The position numbers were made by a program, and so were the translations under genes. A stretch of 17,776 bases of DNA from Oligoflexales bacterium (GTDB lineage: Bacteria; Bdellovibrionota_B; Oligoflexia; Oligoflexales; CAIYRB01): contig JBGSUI010000152.1 of NCBI GenBank assembly GCA_041736175.1, forward strand, positions 1 to 17,776. The letters are read 5' to 3'. This document shows, piece after piece, positions 1 through 7,916 of the stretch. Below the pieces are notes generated by a model that worked only from the letters and a program-made list of their open reading frames with translations, had not been told where the DNA came from and made no database searches. Numbering within the stretch: position 1 is the first letter of the stretch; every line of letters begins with the position of its first letter.

Positions 1-77
1 TGAAATTAGTTAAAAAAATCAGAGAGATAGAGGACGAATTTTGGGAAAATGAGTCTAAAATTGATGAGATTGAATAA
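1..77 (+). CDS. 3' end of a gene entering from the left edge (partial, unknown product)
   Basis: Frame 3 is open from the edge: KLVKKIREIEDEFWENESKIDEIE, with TAA at 75-77; charged, protein-like tail. Confidence 0.5.
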   Translation, partial: KLVKKIREIEDEFWENESKIDEIE

Positions 78-143
78 AAACTTTCATTATACCACGGAAA
101 AAACTAAAATCTATCTTTTCATGTGCGTAGACCTATAGGACTG

Positions 144-386
144 TCAGTCGGCTGTCAAATTCCAGCGATTTTGGCAGGAGCCACAGGTATATTGGTAGCT
201 ATGATTGGTAAAATTGACATCCGATAGGTTTTTTTCCTTGCATCTGGGACAAACCACATTCCTATGATTAAATTTACAGATCGAATTGCGACATTTCCAT
301 AACTCCTCACCTTTCGAAGAGCCTTTTCCTGCGGCAACCATCGTGCCTTGGCAGCTTGGACACCGGTTATTTTGCCTACGATCCAT
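144..386 (-). CDS. Small double zinc-ribbon protein (80 aa)
   Basis: Four Cys pairs CPSC, CRNSIC, CPRC, CGSC; GAGG RBS 7 nt upstream of the ATG (gttgaggaaattacATG). Confidence 0.75.
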   Translation of the reverse strand: MDRRQNNRCPSCQGTMVAAGKGSSKGEELWKCRNSICKFNHRNVVCPRCKEKNLSDVNFTNHSYQYTCGSCQNRWNLTAD

Positions 387-440
387 GTAATTTCCTCAAC
401 ATAAATGGGCTAATTTTACCCAATTTAAATTCTTCTTAAA

Positions 441-468
441 TAAACATATTATAAATTATAGCCGAAGT
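441..468 (+). promoter_or_regulatory. Candidate sigma28 (FliA)-type promoter for the SGNH hydrolase
   Basis: TAAA(441-444)-N16-GCCGAAGT(461-468) versus consensus TAAA-N15-GCCGATAA. Confidence 0.4.
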
Positions 469-499
469 ACAATGTAAATATTTATAGGAGGTATGGACC

Positions 500-1291
500 A
501 TGAGATTGACTTGTTTTAGTGTATTGGCTTTTTTCGGATTGCCCTACAATCATGTGATAGCCCAGGAATTTGAATCGAAACCCCTTGTCGTGAGTGCTAT
601 CGGTGACAGTATCACCACTGGGTTTAACGCCCGCAATTTAGGAGATAATAAAGTTCTCAACTGGGGAGTCGGGACATCTACGGAGCTTAAATCACATCTC
701 AAACGTCTAGAAATGCTAGGATATTCTGTGACCTCCCATAACAGTGCTATCGCTGGCTCCAAGGCAGCAGACCTACCTCCACAGATCGATACCGCCATCA
801 CAAATGCCGCAGATTATGTGACCATGACCATCGGAGCCAACGATCTCTGTAGCTGGCCTGCGAATCATCAAGTTAAACTGGAAGAATTTAAGAATAAGAT
901 GACGACGGAAATGACCCGTATCATTGAGAGTCGACCCAAAATCAAGATCACGATGTCACCTATTCCAAATCTTTACAATCTGTGGGAAGTGGGCAGTGTC
1001 AATGCTCAGTGTCAAAGCCGCTGGGATTTCTTCGGAATTTGCGCACCCCTATTAAATAGTAAACGAACACCTAAAGAGCGTGAGGAGTTTATGGGCCGGT
1101 GGCAAGATGCCAATCAAGCCTTAGAAGAGGTCGCTGGCATGTTTCCCGAGAATATTTTATTTCCAAAAGATGCCGCCACCACTCGATTTGATTTTAAGCA
1201 TATCTCAGAGATTGACTGCTTTCACCCTTCTGTTGCTGGACAAGACCTCCTCGCTGAGGCGACTTGGCTTGCGTCAGCATGGGAGCCCTGA
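500..1291 (+). CDS. Secreted SGNH/GDSL-family hydrolase (esterase/lipase)
   Basis: Signal peptide; blocks AIGDSIT, IAGS, IGAND, DCFHPS; AGGAGG RBS at 486-491. Confidence 0.9.
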   Translation: MRLTCFSVLAFFGLPYNHVIAQEFESKPLVVSAIGDSITTGFNARNLGDNKVLNWGVGTSTELKSHLKRLEMLGYSVTSHNSAIAGSKAADLPPQIDTAITNAADYVTMTIGANDLCSWPANHQVKLEEFKNKMTTEMTRIIESRPKIKITMSPIPNLYNLWEVGSVNAQCQSRWDFFGICAPLLNSKRTPKEREEFMGRWQDANQALEEVAGMFPENILFPKDAATTRFDFKHISEIDCFHPSVAGQDLLAEATWLASAWEP

Positions 1292-1346
1292 GCCAGGGAT
1301 TAGGATTCGCGAGACCTACCGATTTTGCTTGCTAGAGCGTGCACAT

Positions 1347-1410
1347 TCACTAAGATAGGGCAACTTCTTTTAGTGAGGTCCCTGTGCACAATTCTGACAA
1401 GTTGCCCTAT
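1347..1410 (+). promoter_or_regulatory. Interlocking inverted repeats around the ALDH RBS and start codon
   Basis: tcactaa(1347-1353)/ttagtga(1370-1376) and a perfect 12-bp pair atagggcaactt(1355-1366)/aagttgccctat(1399-1410). Confidence 0.45.
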
Positions 1411-2964
1411 AGTCATTACAAAAAAAATGCATGCTCCTATATCAATGGTGAATGGTCTGTGGGCACCACTGCCCTAAAAACCCTCAATCCAGCTGATACC
1501 ACTAAAGCCGTCGGGGAATTTACCGAAGCTAGCAGCGAAGAAATCGTCCGCGCTGCCCAAGCTGCTCGGGCGGCCGCAAAGAAATGGGCTGCCACACCTG
1601 CCCCAGTGAGAGGCGGAATCATCGGCCAATTTGGTGCTTTAGTGGCGAGTAACAAGGAGGCCCTGGCCGGAGTTTTAACACGAGAGATCGGTAAACCTTT
1701 TCGCGAAGCCCTTGGATCGGTCCAAGAAGTCATTGACACCTGCGTCTTTTTTGCCTCCGAAGGACGACGCCTCTATGGCCAAACAGTCCCATCAGAGATG
1801 CCCCACAAAGAACTTTTTACCTACCGACGACCGATAGGGGTTTTTGGCTGTATCACCGCGGGTAATTTCCCTGTGGCCGTACCTGCCTGGTATTTTGTGC
1901 CAGCCCTCGTGGCGGGCAACACATGCGTCTGGAAACCAAGTGAAGACGCTCTCTTGACCAGTTACTTTTTTACCGAATTGCTCCATCATTCCGGCGTTCC
2001 TAAGGGGGTCTTTAATACCATCTTTGGACGGGGATCTACCACTGGAGCCAAGATGGTCCAATTCATCCAAGATGGCTATTTCGACAAATTTGGGTTTACG
2101 GGTTCCACTGAGGTGGGTCGACAGATTGGTGAAATTTGTGGACGCAACCTTCAAGTCCCTTGCCTCGAGCTCGGGGGCAAAAATCCTTTGATCGTCTGCG
2201 AGGATGCCAATTTGGACTTAGCCCTCGAAGGGGTCCTCTTTAGTGGATTTGGCACCGCAGGGCAACGGTGTACTTCGCTGGGAAATCTTATCCTCCATGA
2301 AAACATCTATGACAAGTTTCTTCCAAAACTGATCGAGCGAGCAAAGAAGCTGAAAATTGGGGACCCCAATAGCCCTGATATCGACTACGGACCTATGATC
2401 AGTGAAAAGTTTATGAATCATCATTTGCGAGATTTAGAAACCTTGATAACGACTAAGCACCAACTACCCCTTGGTCCAGGTGGTCGCATCGGACATGGGG
2501 TCGAATGGTCGCATTTTTCGGGCCAAAGCCAAAACGGTCTTTATGCTAGGCCCAATATTGTGGTTGGGGTACGGCCAGAAGACAAGATTTACTCCACAGA
2601 GACTTTTGGACCTCTTTTTAATGTCCTAAAATTCCGCAATCTAGATGAAGCCCTTGATTTGGCGAACGGTACGGGATATGGGCTTTCGTCTTCAATCTAC
2701 ACCAATAATCCCCATTATGTTTATAAGTTTAAATCAGATATCTCCGCTGGTATGTCTAGTATCAATAATTCCACAACAGGTGCCGAGGCCCACCTCCCTT
2801 TCGGAGGCAATGGAAAAAGTGGGAACGGTGGACGACAATCTGGTATCTGGGTCCTTGATACTTTTACCAAGTGGCAAGCCGTCAACTGGGATATGTCTGG
2901 GCAGCTCCAACTAGCGCAAATGGACACAGCTTATGTTTCTTTTGATGAAAAATATCGCATTTAG
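1384..2964 (+). CDS. NAD(P)-dependent aldehyde dehydrogenase (resembles the uncharacterised AldH-like subfamily)
   Basis: GNFP, WKPSE, FTGSTEVG, LELGGKNP (catalytic Glu), AGQRCTS (catalytic Cys), ETFGP, PFGG; GTG start with GAGG RBS. Confidence 0.95.
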   Translation: MHNSDKLPYSHYKKNACSYINGEWSVGTTALKTLNPADTTKAVGEFTEASSEEIVRAAQAARAAAKKWAATPAPVRGGIIGQFGALVASNKEALAGVLTREIGKPFREALGSVQEVIDTCVFFASEGRRLYGQTVPSEMPHKELFTYRRPIGVFGCITAGNFPVAVPAWYFVPALVAGNTCVWKPSEDALLTSYFFTELLHHSGVPKGVFNTIFGRGSTTGAKMVQFIQDGYFDKFGFTGSTEVGRQIGEICGRNLQVPCLELGGKNPLIVCEDANLDLALEGVLFSGFGTAGQRCTSLGNLILHENIYDKFLPKLIERAKKLKIGDPNSPDIDYGPMISEKFMNHHLRDLETLITTKHQLPLGPGGRIGHGVEWSHFSGQSQNGLYARPNIVVGVRPEDKIYSTETFGPLFNVLKFRNLDEALDLANGTGYGLSSSIYTNNPHYVYKFKSDISAGMSSINNSTTGAEAHLPFGGNGKSGNGGRQSGIWVLDTFTKWQAVNWDMSGQLQLAQMDTAYVSFDEKYRI

Positions 2965-3008
2965 CCCTTGGCATATATAAGCGACTGGCCTGAGCGGGTG
3001 AGATAACA

Positions 3009-3827
3009 GTGGTCAAGAAAAATGTATATAGCTTTGTGGATTACAAGGAATTTATATCGCTTAAAATTGCCGAAAATAGCCGCATGAGGGGTTACAAGAC
3101 CAAACTTGCTGAAGCAGCCGGCTGTAATCCTACCTATCTATCGCAGGTTTTGGGATCCCACATTCATTGGACCCCTGATCAGGCGGCAAATGCAGCTGTC
3201 TTTTGGGAGCTTGACGCAAATGAGACGGAATATTTTATTTGCCTTCTCAATCGGGCACGAGCGGGGACTAAACCTTTGATAGGCGTTATCGAAAGCCGGA
3301 TGCAGCAGCTTCAAGCTATACATGACTCAGTAGCGGGTAGTGTGGGAGGCGACAGCAAAGAACCCCTGAGCGAAACCGATCGGACTCTTTACTACTCTGC
3401 TTGGTATTATTCAGCAATTCACATTTTAACTAGTATTCGAAGGTTTTCTAAAGAAATTGCAATTGCAAAGCACCTCAGTCTTGATCCCAACGTCGTGAGC
3501 CGCACTTTGAATGACTTAGCAAGGATGGGGCTGATTAAAAACAAAGGGGGATCATGGTCCAATACAACCCAAAAGATCCATTTGCCTATGGAATCTCCCC
3601 TCTGTTCTACTCACTTCGCTAATTGGCGCCAAAAAGCTACATCTGTTCAGCAAGAAAATTTCCAAAAAGGGAATTTGCACTATAATGCGGTACATTCTTT
3701 GAGTAAATCAGACTTAAAACTGTTGCGAGATCTATTTCTAGAAACAATCTCAAACAGTCGATCTATTGTCGACGCATCGCCTGAGGAAACTATGGCCATC
3801 GTATGCTTGGATGTTTTTGAATTTTAG
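3009..3827 (+). CDS. TIGR02147 / DUF4423 family protein (HTH-containing putative regulator)
   Basis: N-terminal DYKEFI...KLAEAAGCNPTYLSQVL helix-turn-helix, YYSAWYYSAIHIL motif, second HTH, C-terminal LDVFEF. Confidence 0.85.
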   Translation: MVKKNVYSFVDYKEFISLKIAENSRMRGYKTKLAEAAGCNPTYLSQVLGSHIHWTPDQAANAAVFWELDANETEYFICLLNRARAGTKPLIGVIESRMQQLQAIHDSVAGSVGGDSKEPLSETDRTLYYSAWYYSAIHILTSIRRFSKEIAIAKHLSLDPNVVSRTLNDLARMGLIKNKGGSWSNTTQKIHLPMESPLCSTHFANWRQKATSVQQENFQKGNLHYNAVHSLSKSDLKLLRDLFLETISNSRSIVDASPEETMAIVCLDVFEF

Positions 3828-3970
3828 TCTGATCCACCCTAATAAATTATAAATTTAAACCTCAATACTTTATAAAATTATCCTGGATTGTTAGACTTGG
3901 CTTATCTACAATGTTCATAGGTCGGGGAAATCCTAAAATACTGATATTACAATCAATATGGAGAATTAAA

Positions 3971-4477
3971 ATGAGAAGTTTTTTAAAAATGTCGACTTTC
4001 TGTGGAATGGCGTCACTCTTCTGGTCTGCAAGTAGCCAAGCCGGTTCAACGAGCAGCGCTGGTGTACCAAACCCAATATCCATATCCTGCATTGAAAAGT
4101 TAAAAGGAACTGAAGCAATCGTTGAAGACATCCTCGGAAATCAATACGGTATTTGCCAGATCGGTGATGGTTACATTTCTACCAATTCCAACCCTAAAAC
4201 ATCGCAAGCAACCACCGCTTTCTTGGAAAGTCCAGAGGTAAGCTGGCCTATGGGTGACATACCCGACCCTGCTCTATACTACTGCGCAAAAATCGGTGGT
4301 GAAGGATACGTTGGGTATAGATTCAAATGGATTCCGACTGAATTTGGGAATTTTAAAAAAGTCTTTACGCCCATGAGCTTGTGTAGATTTGAAGACCGGT
4401 CTTATATTGCGGCTTCGACTTTATGGGAAGGTCCACGAATTCATGCGGAACTTGCCAATGCATTACGATCCAATTAA
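3971..4477 (+). CDS. Secreted protein with two DUF333-like Cys repeats
   Basis: Start moved to ATG 3971 (GGAG RBS at 3960-3963); signal peptide; NPISISC..KG...GICQI and DPALYYC..IGG...SLCRFED. Confidence 0.75.
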   Translation: MRSFLKMSTFCGMASLFWSASSQAGSTSSAGVPNPISISCIEKLKGTEAIVEDILGNQYGICQIGDGYISTNSNPKTSQATTAFLESPEVSWPMGDIPDPALYYCAKIGGEGYVGYRFKWIPTEFGNFKKVFTPMSLCRFEDRSYIAASTLWEGPRIHAELANALRSN

Positions 4478-4584
4478 AGAAAACAGCTATTGTTTTCTAG
4501 GTATATAAACTATTTTTTAGTTTATATTTAAGACCGATATCGCCAACATGAGTCGCCAATGACTCGCCCTCTAGGGGGCGAGTC
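4478..4584. repeat. Three consecutive stem-loops after the DUF333 gene
   Basis: agaaaaca/tgttttct (4478-4498); atataaacta/tagtttatat (4503-4527); gactcgccct-ctag-ggggcgagtc (4561-4584). Confidence 0.65.
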
Positions 4585-4626
4585 GCCGGACATGGGCTTG
4601 TTTCATCCTGAGCGCTGGAATGGCTA

Positions 4627-4653
4627 TCAGTTTTTTCCGCCTTTTACCGATAG
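4627..4653 (+). promoter_or_regulatory. Candidate sigma28-type promoter
   Basis: TCAG(4627-4630)-N15-ACCGATAG(4646-4653), about 30 nt before the proposed GTG at 4686. Confidence 0.4.
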
Positions 4654-4685
4654 TATAGGTGGAGTGCCAAAGCCTCGGAGATTCC

Positions 4686-5858
4686 GTGAAAGCCTTATTT
4701 TATCCGGTCATTATCTCACTTTTCTTACTATTTTATATTTTAGGCAGCCAGCTGGTTGCTTCCAATATCGCCACCCGAATGGGGGGCGAGGTCCTGTCAC
4801 TTTGGGCATGGTCAATTCCATTGATCTCCAATGATAATACATTATATTTAATTAAACAAACAAACGCCAGAATCGATCGGTATGAAGATTTACTTAAAAA
4901 AGCTCATCTCGCTAAAGGCATGGTCATTAATCGGTCGTTATCTAATAGAGAAGAAAAGGATCTATGCGATAGCCTGCTGTTTTCCTCTATTCGATACGCC
5001 TCATTGACAAGGCTAGGAAGATCAGATGACGCTCTCGATGCCTGGTATTTTATCGAACAATCTAAGCTTAACGGAATGTGGATCAGGCATCCTAAGTGCT
5101 CTCGAAAAAGTTTATCAAGGGACATGCTCACGGGTGTCCTCCTCGCTCTGCTGCATTCCCCTCCAAGAGCGAGGGAACACCTCGAAAACCTTGTCAATGA
5201 ACTCGATAAAAAGAGCGGGTATTTTAGCCACGGACCTGTCTATGTGAGTTACCTGACCCCTGGACTTGGTAAGATTATCCGGCTTTTAAGCCACTATTAT
5301 GATCTCGATGGAGAAAACCTCCCTGAGATCATCAAACAAGGATACTCAACCAATGAATTCTCGGTTATCTTGATTGAACCTGGCTATGAAGCGCACCTTG
5401 CTGCTTTAGCGCTTTGGATAGAAATGGAGATCGATACTAAACTTAAGATCAGAGAGAGAAATGGTTATTTGGACCACCTTTTTAATGCGCTTATCAGGCC
5501 CTTTTCAAAGGGGGATCTTAAATCACAGAGTTTCTCCTGGACTTCAAAGCGCCTCTTCGAAATCGACCCTAAAAATCTCTTTTTCACCTTTTTACGCCTC
5601 AAGACCGCAGGCGCGATGAATGCTCCCATTGCAGCCCTTCTCCTCCAAAGACTTCTTAACATGGAAGAATTTCCCGAATATCAACTTCCTGCAGATTGTG
5701 ATCGAAGAGCTGACTACCTATGGCAACGGTCCTCTACAGAATACAAAAGTAGGTCTAAACGGTGCGATCACCAATTTAGTGGCATAGACTTTACTTGGAT
5801 GGCAAGCTTACTTCTATCAGAGCTAGACACCGAATCTACAATTTCCTGGTCAAAGTGA
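4686..5858 (+). CDS. Uncharacterised N-terminally anchored or exported protein, possibly an alpha/alpha-toroid enzyme
   Basis: Long ORF; start moved to GTG 4686 (GGAG at 4677-4680); hydrophobic N-terminus; enzyme-like motifs DSLLF, WIRHP, SRDM, GYEAHL, PKNLFF, YLWQR, GIDF. Confidence 0.8.
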   Translation: MKALFYPVIISLFLLFYILGSQLVASNIATRMGGEVLSLWAWSIPLISNDNTLYLIKQTNARIDRYEDLLKKAHLAKGMVINRSLSNREEKDLCDSLLFSSIRYASLTRLGRSDDALDAWYFIEQSKLNGMWIRHPKCSRKSLSRDMLTGVLLALLHSPPRAREHLENLVNELDKKSGYFSHGPVYVSYLTPGLGKIIRLLSHYYDLDGENLPEIIKQGYSTNEFSVILIEPGYEAHLAALALWIEMEIDTKLKIRERNGYLDHLFNALIRPFSKGDLKSQSFSWTSKRLFEIDPKNLFFTFLRLKTAGAMNAPIAALLLQRLLNMEEFPEYQLPADCDRRADYLWQRSSTEYKSRSKRCDHQFSGIDFTWMASLLLSELDTESTISWSK

Positions 5859-5871
5859 GGGTTTAGATTTT

Positions 5872-6576
5872 ATGGTTGCCTCTAAAAAAACATCTTCTTT
5901 GATCAGAGTTTTCATCGGAATCACATTGTTATCGATCATCTTCTATAGCAGTCGATATTTCGAACTCCCCCAGTGCCAAGAAGTCCAAGCTAAAGTTCAA
6001 GAATTAGGCGTCTTTGGGCCGATAATCTTTATCGTCTTATACGCCTTGGCAACTCTCCTATTTATCCCAGGAACCATTTTGACACTTATGGCAGGATTAG
6101 CATTTGGTTGGCTCTACGGCTCAATGTTAGTGATCTTAGCGGCAAATCTCGGAGCTGGTTTGGCTTTTTTGACATCGCGGTTTTTGCTAAAAGAACTTGT
6201 AGAGGAGAAACTAGGGCATAAAGATTGGTTCCTTAAATTAAAGTCATCGCTCAATGAAAGTGGCTTAAATTTTGTGATTTTTATAAGGTTAGTCCCCATT
6301 TTTCCTTTTAATGGACTTAATTACGCTTGCGGACTGCTACCGTTATCCTTTAAACACTATCTAATTGGGTCTTTTATCGGCATGATCCCTGGCACTTTGG
6401 CCTATGTCTACTTAGGGGAAACTGGATGCAAGGTGATCGATGCCATGATCCAAAAGAAATTCAGCTTTTCGGATTTTCCCGAAGATGTCCGGACTAGTTT
6501 AGTGACAGCGATTATCATGCTTATTTCCTTATCAGTCCTGCCTATCGTCCTAAAAAAAATAAGAAGTAAAAAATAA
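5872..6576 (+). CDS. TVP38/TMEM64 (VTT / DedA superfamily) membrane protein
   Basis: LFIPGTILTLMAGLAFG, ANLGA, RLVPIFPFNGLNY, GMIPGT motifs; multiple TM helices. Confidence 0.92.
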   Translation: MVASKKTSSLIRVFIGITLLSIIFYSSRYFELPQCQEVQAKVQELGVFGPIIFIVLYALATLLFIPGTILTLMAGLAFGWLYGSMLVILAANLGAGLAFLTSRFLLKELVEEKLGHKDWFLKLKSSLNESGLNFVIFIRLVPIFPFNGLNYACGLLPLSFKHYLIGSFIGMIPGTLAYVYLGETGCKVIDAMIQKKFSFSDFPEDVRTSLVTAIIMLISLSVLPIVLKKIRSKK

Positions 6577-6587
6577 GAAACCATCTT

Positions 6588-6607
6588 GGTCCCCAACCAT
6601 GGGGATC
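6588..6607 (+). other. Stem-loop after the TVP38 gene (no U-tract)
   Basis: ggtcccca-acca-tggggatc, 8-bp stem including one G-U pair. Confidence 0.35.
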
Positions 6608-6665
6608 CCTATCTGGATTTTGGCAGAATTTTGCCCCCTTCCAAGGAGAGCAAAGGCTTTCTACC

Positions 6666-6692
6666 TAACCTATTGGTCTAAGATGCCGAAAC
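6666..6692 (+). promoter_or_regulatory. Candidate sigma28-type promoter for the GH3 gene
   Basis: TAAC(6666-6669)-N15-GCCGAAAC(6685-6692). Confidence 0.4.
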
Positions 6693-6737
6693 AATCTGGG
6701 GTGGGCAAAAAATGCACCTTTATGGTTTAAGGACCAG

Positions 6738-7910
6738 ATGATTTTAAGATTTTTCGTCATATTATTAGGTACGATGTCGTTAGGATCGAATGCCTGGTCC
6801 GATGCCGTCGACGGCTGGATCGAAGGAAAGTTAAAATACCTTTCCTTGGAAGAAAAAATCGGGCAGATGATCATGGTTAACCTCAGCGGTGAGACTCTAG
6901 ACACCCAGGGTGCCTCTGCAATGGATCAGGGCTTTTTTGGCAGCCTGATTCTATTTGAAAACAATATAAAGTCCCAAACCCAACTCTCAAGTCTCGTGAG
7001 ACAACTGCAAACCAGGGCTCGTATGCGCTCGGGGATCCCGCTTATCATCGCAATCGACCAGGAAGGAGGAATTGTCAACCGCCTAGGTCATCTGATTGAC
7101 CCCCTGCGGAGTCAATATAGTCCCAGGGTTTTAGGGAGGGCTTTTCAATTTAGAGAGGAGCCTACCAAAAGGGCCCTACGGCGATTCTATCGCTATATTG
7201 CCGTAGAAATGAAAAAATGGGGGGTTAATATGAATCTGGCCCCCGTCCTAGATCTCGCGGACGATCCAAAAGCCTATATTTTTAATCGCTCTTATGGCAA
7301 CAATCCCAAAATAGTTTCGTCCATTGCCCTGGATATGAGCCAGGCCATGCAATCATACGGAATCATGGTGACGGGAAAACATTTTCCAAACCTTGGTAAC
7401 TCAAAAGTCGATAGCCACATGGGACTGCCAGTCCTTTATCGCACCCTGCAGGAGTTGATGAAACACGAGCTCAAACCCTATTTTACTCTTAAAAACACTT
7501 TAGATGCCGTCATGCTCGGACATATCCTCGTACCCAGCATAGACCGGAGATTTCCTGCGTCACTTTCTGCAAAAACAACCCAAATCTTACGCAAAAAAAT
7601 CGGCTTTGATGGAGTTCTCATGACCGATGACTTGAAAATGGGGGCTATCACCAAAAATTTTACTCTAGAACAAGTGACCATGATGACGGTACAGGCTGAC
7701 GTCGATATTTTGCTCGTCGCTTCGCAAAGAGACATGCACCAAAAGGTATTTGATATTTTACTAGATGCTGTGAAGTCGGATAAGATCTCCAAACGCCGAA
7801 TCGATCAATCAGTGCGACGCATCCTACAACTCAAAAGACGCTATCTTTTTGAGTCTCCAGGTCCCGACTCTTTCCAGGTCAGCGCTCATTCCCTAAATGA
7901 GATCCTTTAA
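6738..7910 (+). CDS. Exported glycoside hydrolase family 3, beta-N-acetylhexosaminidase (NagZ-like)
   Basis: Signal peptide; DQEGG, MNLAPVLD, KHFPNLG-x4-DSH, TDDLKMGAI; AAGGA RBS. Confidence 0.9.
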   Translation: MILRFFVILLGTMSLGSNAWSDAVDGWIEGKLKYLSLEEKIGQMIMVNLSGETLDTQGASAMDQGFFGSLILFENNIKSQTQLSSLVRQLQTRARMRSGIPLIIAIDQEGGIVNRLGHLIDPLRSQYSPRVLGRAFQFREEPTKRALRRFYRYIAVEMKKWGVNMNLAPVLDLADDPKAYIFNRSYGNNPKIVSSIALDMSQAMQSYGIMVTGKHFPNLGNSKVDSHMGLPVLYRTLQELMKHELKPYFTLKNTLDAVMLGHILVPSIDRRFPASLSAKTTQILRKKIGFDGVLMTDDLKMGAITKNFTLEQVTMMTVQADVDILLVASQRDMHQKVFDILLDAVKSDKISKRRIDQSVRRILQLKRRYLFESPGPDSFQVSAHSLNEIL

Positions 7911-7916
7911 GATCTC

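Noticed and set aside
2968..2982. Sigma54 promoter TTGGCA...GC before TIGR02147
   Set aside because: GG-to-GC spacing is 9 nt rather than the required 10
3911..3970. Extension of the DUF333 ORF
   Set aside because: RBS and signal peptide point to ATG 3971
4559..4834. 91-aa ORF over the hairpin region
   Set aside because: No RBS or recognisable motif; overlaps the 4686 gene out of frame
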